From Aliivibrio fischeri ES114 (GTDB lineage Bacteria > Pseudomonadota > Gammaproteobacteria > Enterobacterales > Vibrionaceae): a stretch of 32,000 nt of DNA. Shown in pieces: positions 26,756 through 32,000 of this stretch. How positions within the stretch are numbered: the stretch's first letter is position 1; each line of letters begins with the position of its first letter. Position numbers and translations under genes: made by a program. The stretch lies in NCBI RefSeq assembly GCF_000011805.1, contig NC_006841.2. One strand, written 5' to 3'. The notes under the pieces are model-generated. The model saw only the letters and a list, made by a program, of their open reading frames with translations, was not told where the DNA came from and searched no databases.

Positions 26756-27617
26756 ATAACCCCATCCATTCCATAAATGGTTTTTTCTTACTCAATTTGT
26801 CAATAATCTGCTGTCTTACTTTTCTATGCTGTGGGTCATTAATGTAACGCTTGTGATATATAAACTTATACTTAGCATTATCTAATTTAACAGGACACGG
26901 ATAAATCGCTAAATTCAGTTGTTTTTCCCACCGCTTTGCAAATGATTGAGAAACTAAACCTAAAGAATCCCCCTGCGAGACAAACATAAGCACACTTGAT
27001 AACGAAGATACAGTTAATGCAATATTCCTTTCTTCAACAGGTTCTTGCGCTATTTGTTCAAATCCATTCATTCCCTGCCATAAAGCAGAATAAATCACAT
27101 GCGATTCTCTGTAATAATCCACTTTTGTCAGTTCTCCTTGAATCCGAGGATGATTTTTTGCACACACAACAACTAAAGGTTCAACATAAGCATCTTCAAT
27201 AACAAAAGCAGAATCTTTCATTGTCGCAACGTCTAAAACTAAATCAACTTTTTGTTCTCTCAAGTGTTCAAACAACATTGATTGACTTCGTGGAGATTCT
27301 GCAAAATTAATTTGTTCTAAACCAACCAATGAATGAAGAATAATTTCAGCACAATACACAGATAATGTATTTTTATCATTAACCGCGTCATTAATCGTAT
27401 CTAATGCGAATTGAAACTTAGTTGCTAACGCATGAGCTTTTGAAGTGGCTTCTATTCCTCGACCTTTCTTAATAAATAATTGTTTACCTATCTCAGATTC
27501 AAGACGTTTAATTGCAGCACTCACCGCAGGTTGAGTCAACATCAATAATTCAGATGCTTTTGTATACGATTGACACTGATATACCGCCATAAACGTACGG
27601 ACTAAATTTAAATCCAT
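26754..27617 (-). CDS. LysR-family transcriptional regulator
   Basis: 287 aa. N-terminal LysR HTH (LVRTFMAVYQCQSYTKASELLMLTQPAVSAAIKRLESEIGKQLF) plus a substrate-binding domain. It is divergent from the OMP-sulfatase cassette. Confidence 0.9.
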   Translation of the reverse strand: MDLNLVRTFMAVYQCQSYTKASELLMLTQPAVSAAIKRLESEIGKQLFIKKGRGIEATSKAHALATKFQFALDTINDAVNDKNTLSVYCAEIILHSLVGLEQINFAESPRSQSMLFEHLREQKVDLVLDVATMKDSAFVIEDAYVEPLVVVCAKNHPRIQGELTKVDYYRESHVIYSALWQGMNGFEQIAQEPVEERNIALTVSSLSSVLMFVSQGDSLGLVSQSFAKRWEKQLNLAIYPCPVKLDNAKYKFIYHKRYINDPQHRKVRQQIIDKLSKKKPFMEWMGL

Positions 27618-27801
27618 GACTTACTAATACTCACTTAGGGTTAAAAAAACAGTCAAAAAACACCCATCCATAAATTGAATTTTGGTAACAGCGTAAGTTC
27701 ACCTTATTTATCACCACTCTACCACTGGTATATTTATTGCGCACTTACTCAATAGCAGTAATGTGCGTTGACTCATTAAAGATAAATAAAAAGAGCAAAT
27801 A

Positions 27802-28563
27802 ATGAAAAAAACACTTTTATTGATTTCGCTTCCTCTATTTTCATTATCATGCATTGCAGAAGAAACAACACAAGACATGTCTGACCCTCTAGCCGTTTAC
27901 ACTCAAGCAGGTTTTGGCATAACAGATAAAGGCATAAACCTAAAAGTAGGTCAAACTTACGATACGGGTAATGCCGATACTGCTGCAATGAACATAATTG
28001 AACTTAAAGGTATTGGCGGAGAGCTGCTGAACCTACGCAACCTTGATGATTACCCTTCTGTCGATGATTCTATCGATTCGTTTCGTTTTCGTAATTTTAG
28101 CGCAAACATGAAGAACGGAAGTGGTCATCAAATAGATATGTCTTATGACGTAGAGACTGAAACCCTCTCAAGCTCATACAGCATTATCCAAACACTGCCC
28201 AAGATGGGAATATTCAGCTTTTTCCCTCTTGCGGGGGCAGGCGTCACAATCCAAAACGATCAAACAGGAGCTAATGGATACAGTATTCCAGGTACTTTTG
28301 CTTTAGTTGGTATGTATGCGAAAGCTCAATTAACCGACAAGATTTGGATCAACTACAACCCTATGTATATGTCTGCCCTTTCCGGATCAGATAACTACAA
28401 AGAAAGTGCTTATGGCAATGGAAACAGCGACATCTTAACTCATGAATTCGCTATTTCTTATCAAATAAATCCGAGATCTAATATTCGATATTTTGCTAAT
28501 TGGAATGAATATACCGACATCTCCAAAGGCGATCACCGCATCGAATACAACTACCAATTTTAA
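27802..28563 (+). CDS. putative small outer-membrane beta-barrel protein (family not recognised)
   Basis: 253 aa with a signal peptide (..LSCIA|EE), alternating amphipathic stretches, and a C-terminal ..RIEYNYQF with a terminal Phe typical of the OMP beta-signal. It lies 50 nt upstream of the sulfatase gene on the same strand. Confidence 0.55.
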   Translation: MKKTLLLISLPLFSLSCIAEETTQDMSDPLAVYTQAGFGITDKGINLKVGQTYDTGNADTAAMNIIELKGIGGELLNLRNLDDYPSVDDSIDSFRFRNFSANMKNGSGHQIDMSYDVETETLSSSYSIIQTLPKMGIFSFFPLAGAGVTIQNDQTGANGYSIPGTFALVGMYAKAQLTDKIWINYNPMYMSALSGSDNYKESAYGNGNSDILTHEFAISYQINPRSNIRYFANWNEYTDISKGDHRIEYNYQF

Positions 28564-28613
28564 TAGCAATATCCGTTTTTAATTAAACGTACTCTACACT
28601 TTATGGAGCTTTT

Positions 28614-30134
28614 ATGAACTTAAAAAAACGTAACACCAAAAAGTTTGCACTCAATGCGTGCACGCTTGCTCTTGGTGCCACCTCTGCTGTAGCTCATGCT
28701 GCAGATAAACCAAACATTGTAGTTATCTTTGGTGACGATGTAGGCTACTGGAACATCAGTGCTTACAACCAAGATATGCTTGGTTATTCAACACCAAATA
28801 TCGACAGTATCGCAAAAGATGGTATTAAGTTTACTAACTTTTATGCGCAACAAAGTTCAACTGCTGGACGTTCAGCCTTTATTACAGGTCAAATGCCAAA
28901 ACGTACAGGCCTATCAAAAGTTGGGATGCCTGGCGCTCCTGAAGGCATCAGTGAAAAAGATCCAACAATAGCAACAATGCTAAAAGATCTTGGTTATGCC
29001 ACAGGCCAATTTGGTAAAAACCATCTAGGTGACCGAGACGAAATGCTTCCAACAAATCATGGTTTTGATGAGTTCTTCGGTAATTTATATCACTTAAATG
29101 CAGAAGAAGAACCAGAAAATGTCGATTATCCTAAAGATCCTGAATTCCGTAAGCAATACGGTCCTCGCGGAGTTATAAAATCTTCTGCCGATGGCAAGAT
29201 TGAAGATACTGGTCCATTAACTAAAAAACGTATGGAAACCATCGATGACGAAGTATTGGGCGTTGCTTCAACCTTCATTGAAAAACAAGTAAAAGCTGAC
29301 AAGCCATTCTTTACTTGGATTAACACCACTCGCATGCATAACAACACGCACATTGATGGTAAAGCTCGTGGCAAAACAGGGCTAGGTGATTATGCCGATG
29401 GCATGGTTCAACACGATGAACAAGTAGGTCAAATCCTAAAACAAATAAAAGATCTTGGTATTGAAGATAACACTATCGTTGTTTACACCACAGACAACGG
29501 CCCAATGATCGCAACATGGCCAGATGCAGCAATGACTCCTTTCCGTAGTGAAAAAAATACGGGTTGGGAAGGCGGCTTCCGTGTCCCTGCAATGGTTAAA
29601 TGGCCAAATCATATCCCTAAAGGAAAAAATATTAACGGCATGATGTCATTAGAAGACTGGATGCCTACGTTACTTGCAGCTGCAGGCAATGACCACGTTA
29701 AAAAAGATCTGTTAAAAGGCAAACGTGTACAAGGTAAAAACTATAACGTTCACCTAGATGGTTATAACCAATTACCAATGCTTACAGGTAAAACTGAAGA
29801 AAGTGCTCGTAAAGAGTTTGCTTATTGGAGTGATGATGGTGACTTACTTGCTATCCGTTACGAGCGTTGGAAATTCCATTTCATGATCCAAGAACATGAA
29901 ACAGGTCTAGATGTGTGGAGATACCCATTCACCAAGCTTCGTGTACCGCTGATTTTTGACTTAAAAGTTGATCCACTAGAGCGTGGTGATGGTGGTATGG
30001 GCTACGACAAATGGATGTATGACCGTTCGTACGTACTTGCATTAGCGAAGCGCGAAGCAGCCAAAATCTACAAATCTTTTGAAAAATTCCCGCCTCGTAT
30101 GAAAGCCGGTAGTTTTGTACCAAAAGAAGATTAA
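28614..30134 (+). CDS. secreted arylsulfatase-family enzyme, Ser-type (S-x-A-x-R) formylglycine motif
   Basis: 506 aa with a signal peptide (..AVAHA|AD). Sulfatase N-terminal metal site NIVVIFGDDVGY. The active-site motif SSTAGRSAFITG has Ser at the formylglycine position. GKNHLGD and YTTDNGP blocks are present. GGAG SD. Confidence 0.9.
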   Translation: MNLKKRNTKKFALNACTLALGATSAVAHAADKPNIVVIFGDDVGYWNISAYNQDMLGYSTPNIDSIAKDGIKFTNFYAQQSSTAGRSAFITGQMPKRTGLSKVGMPGAPEGISEKDPTIATMLKDLGYATGQFGKNHLGDRDEMLPTNHGFDEFFGNLYHLNAEEEPENVDYPKDPEFRKQYGPRGVIKSSADGKIEDTGPLTKKRMETIDDEVLGVASTFIEKQVKADKPFFTWINTTRMHNNTHIDGKARGKTGLGDYADGMVQHDEQVGQILKQIKDLGIEDNTIVVYTTDNGPMIATWPDAAMTPFRSEKNTGWEGGFRVPAMVKWPNHIPKGKNINGMMSLEDWMPTLLAAAGNDHVKKDLLKGKRVQGKNYNVHLDGYNQLPMLTGKTEESARKEFAYWSDDGDLLAIRYERWKFHFMIQEHETGLDVWRYPFTKLRVPLIFDLKVDPLERGDGGMGYDKWMYDRSYVLALAKREAAKIYKSFEKFPPRMKAGSFVPKED

Positions 30135-30154
30135 TCCACTCTAATTAACAATTC

Positions 30155-30180
30155 ATAGTGGCTCCAAATAGAGCCACTAT
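30155..30180 (+). terminator. intercistronic hairpin between the sulfatase and maturase genes (possible partial terminator or processing site)
   Basis: ATAGTGGCTC-caaata-GAGCCACTAT, a 10-bp perfect stem, followed by only TTT and then an A-run. It begins 21 nt after the sulfatase stop. Confidence 0.45.
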
Positions 30181-30199
30181 TTTAAAAATAAGTGATCTT

Positions 30200-31495
30200 A
30201 TGCCACACAACTCAGTCAAACATTCAACACGTTTAGATGTTATCCCACTAAAAACTGCAGAAAAGCACCCCAACTCCCAACGTCGTTTTCATGTTATGTC
30301 TAAACCTGGCGGTTCAAAATGTAATCTTGATTGCCAATATTGTTTTTATCTTCACAAAGACGAATTACTCCATCAACCAAAGCAACCAATGATGGATGAC
30401 ACCACGTTAGAAGCCTTCATTAAAAGCTATATTGAGAGTCAAGATGGTCATGAAATTGTCTTTTCTTGGCAAGGAGGAGAACCCACTCTGCTGGGTTTAG
30501 ACTACTTCAAAAAAATCGTTCAGTTACAAAATAAATACCGTCCAAGCGGAGTGAAAATCGAAAACGATTTGCAAACTAACGGTATTTTACTAAATGACGA
30601 ATGGTGCCAATTTTTAAAAGACAATGGATTTCTTGTTGGCCTATCAATTGATGGCCCTAAAGAATTACATGATAAGTACCGTGTAACTCGAAGCGGAAAA
30701 CCGACTTTTAACCTGGTTATGGCAGCCGCAAAACGCTTACAAGAACACCATGTACCTTTTAATTCCCTTGTTGTGGTAAACCGCCACAACGCTAAACATC
30801 CACTAGATGTTTATCGATTCTTAACGAAAGAGCTCGGTGCAACCTATATCCAGTTTACCCCTTGCGTTGAGGCAAAGGACTTTACCACCACAGCTCCTCA
30901 ATTTTGGAATGAAACCATGATACCAAACAAAGGGAGTGAATTGGCAAAACCGGGACACCCCATGTCTATTGTTACTGATTGGTCGGTTGACCCTGATGAT
31001 TGGGGGAACTTCTTAAATACAGTATTTGTTGAATGGGTAAATAACGACTTAGGGCGTGTATTGGTGAACCTATTTGAAACAGCAGTAGCTCAAGTGATGG
31101 GGAAAGAATCTCAATTATGTGTGACTGCTGAGTTCTGCGGTAAAGGTCTAGCAATGGAACACAATGGTGATGTATTCAGCTGTGATCACTACGTCTATCC
31201 AGAATATAAACTCGGAAATATTCACGACCGGGGTTTAAACGAATTTGCTTTTTCTATTCGCCAACATGGTTTCGGAATGGCAAAGCGAGACAGCCTTCCC
31301 TCTTACTGTAAATCATGCCCACATTTAAAATTATGTTGGGGAGAATGCCCTAAAAATAGATTAATTAATACTCCAAATGGTGAACCAGGATTGAATTACC
31401 TCTGCAGTGGTATTCGTGCCTTTTTTGATGAAAGCCTTCCCATGCTTACAGGGTTATCTGTATTGCTACAGCGACAAGAAAACACACAAAAATAA
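30200..31495 (+). CDS. anaerobic sulfatase-maturating enzyme (radical SAM/SPASM, AslB/AtsB-like)
   Basis: CNLDCQYCFY (CxxxCxxC). Collinear with E. coli AslB as recalled (FHVMSKPGGSKCN, FSWQGGEPTLLGL, LQTNGILLNDEWC, GLSIDGP, EHNGDVFSCDHYVYP, LNYLCSG). The start was set at ATG 30200 because the ORF-track GTG 30158 lies inside the hairpin stem. Confidence 0.9.
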   Translation: MPHNSVKHSTRLDVIPLKTAEKHPNSQRRFHVMSKPGGSKCNLDCQYCFYLHKDELLHQPKQPMMDDTTLEAFIKSYIESQDGHEIVFSWQGGEPTLLGLDYFKKIVQLQNKYRPSGVKIENDLQTNGILLNDEWCQFLKDNGFLVGLSIDGPKELHDKYRVTRSGKPTFNLVMAAAKRLQEHHVPFNSLVVVNRHNAKHPLDVYRFLTKELGATYIQFTPCVEAKDFTTTAPQFWNETMIPNKGSELAKPGHPMSIVTDWSVDPDDWGNFLNTVFVEWVNNDLGRVLVNLFETAVAQVMGKESQLCVTAEFCGKGLAMEHNGDVFSCDHYVYPEYKLGNIHDRGLNEFAFSIRQHGFGMAKRDSLPSYCKSCPHLKLCWGECPKNRLINTPNGEPGLNYLCSGIRAFFDESLPMLTGLSVLLQRQENTQK

Positions 31496-31524
31496 CAATA
31501 CATTTATATTATTTTGGAGTCATT

Positions 31525-32000
31525 ATGCATAACCCTCAAACTGCCGTCACTGAATTATTCGAGCACGTAAATCGTTCAGTTATCGGTCAACCTCATGTGG
31601 TTAAATCCCTAATAATCGGATTATTAACCAATGGTCACGTTTTACTTGAAGGGCTACCAGGTACCGCAAAAACACGTTCTATTAAAGCACTAGCCGAAGC
31701 GTTGGATGTCTCTTTTGGCCGTATTCAATTTACTCCAGACCTACTTCCTTCTGATGTAACAGGAACAGAAGTATACCAAGAAATTAGTGGCAGACCTCAG
31801 CTTCATTTTCAAGCTGGTCCTATTTTCAACAGTATTGTATTAGCAGATGAAATAAACCGTGCCCCTGCAAAAGTTCAAGCCGCACTTCTCGAAGCAATGG
31901 CTGAGGGCACAATTACCATTAGTGATAGTACTCATGACTTACCAGAACTGTTTATGGTATTAGCCACTCAAAACCCAGTGGAGCAAGAAGGTACTTATCC
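31525..32000 (+). CDS. MoxR-family AAA+ ATPase, 5' partial (runs off the window)
   Basis: Not in the ORF track because there is no stop in the window. Manual translation from ATG 31525 (GGAG SD) gives MHNPQTAVTELFEHVNRSVIGQPHVVKSLIIGLLTNGHVLLEGLPGTAKT...LADEINRAPAKVQAALLEAM...ATQNPVEQEGTYP. This includes Walker A, Walker B and the typical MoxR blocks. Confidence 0.9.
   Translation, partial: MHNPQTAVTELFEHVNRSVIGQPHVVKSLIIGLLTNGHVLLEGLPGTAKTRSIKALAEALDVSFGRIQFTPDLLPSDVTGTEVYQEISGRPQLHFQAGPIFNSIVLADEINRAPAKVQAALLEAMAEGTITISDSTHDLPELFMVLATQNPVEQEGTY

Noticed and set aside
27776-27988. 70-aa minus-strand ORF overlapping the start of the OMP gene
   Set aside because: It is antisense to a better-supported ORF that has a signal peptide and a C-terminal OMP signature. 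It has no independent support.
1-32000. Searched for mobile elements, CRISPR arrays, rRNA/tRNA genes, toxin-antitoxin pairs or defence-island signatures that could mark a novel system
   Set aside because: I found no transposase, integrase or recombinase-like ORFs, no regularly spaced repeat array, no tRNA-like cloverleaf candidates, and no nuclease, helicase or methylase-type ORFs. The bcs cluster is the only large multi-gene system and it is canonical, so I do not present it as new.

Overview
This is an AT-rich gammaproteobacterial chromosomal segment. It looks Vibrionaceae/Aliivibrio-like, but that is inferred only from composition and gene content. The core (2.7-17.2 kb) is a complete, canonical E. 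coli-type (type II) bacterial cellulose synthesis locus. It consists of two divergent, tightly translationally coupled operons: bcsR(?)-bcsQ-bcsA-bcsB-bcsZ-bcsC on the minus strand and bcsE-bcsF-bcsG on the plus strand. The left flank (0.1-2.7 kb) is much more AT-rich. It carries an orphan 124-aa ORF, an EAL c-di-GMP phosphodiesterase with a possible degenerate GGDEF remnant (GYDEF), and an AraC-family regulator. The right flank carries, in order: an orphan 98-aa ORF; a tandem tpx pair (a cytoplasmic 2-Cys form plus a signal-peptide-bearing 1-Cys paralogue) behind a perfect 36-bp palindrome; an MCP with no periplasmic sensor domain; about 1 kb with no convincing gene; a YhcH/YjgK/YiaL-family gene; an AraC regulator; a lipoprotein with six Big_2-like Ig repeats; a YiaW/YiaV-like (DUF3302 + HlyD-like) pair; a LysR regulator divergent from an OMP / Ser-type sulfatase / radical-SAM sulfatase maturase cassette; and the 5' part of a MoxR AAA+ ATPase that runs off the window and is absent from the ORF track. 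I found no rRNA, tRNA, CRISPR array, transposase, integrase or obvious defence genes. I do not see a convincing wholly new multi-gene system. The least explained items are the start-codon-less bcsR-like ORF, the secreted 1-Cys Tpx paralogue with its palindromic operator, the 1-kb ORF-poor stretch, the YiaW/V-like pair and the small OMP in the sulfatase cassette. Several ORF-track starts were revised from signal peptides, Shine-Dalgarno spacing or hairpins: bcsB, bcsE, bcsF, the MCP, the HlyD-like gene and the sulfatase maturase.
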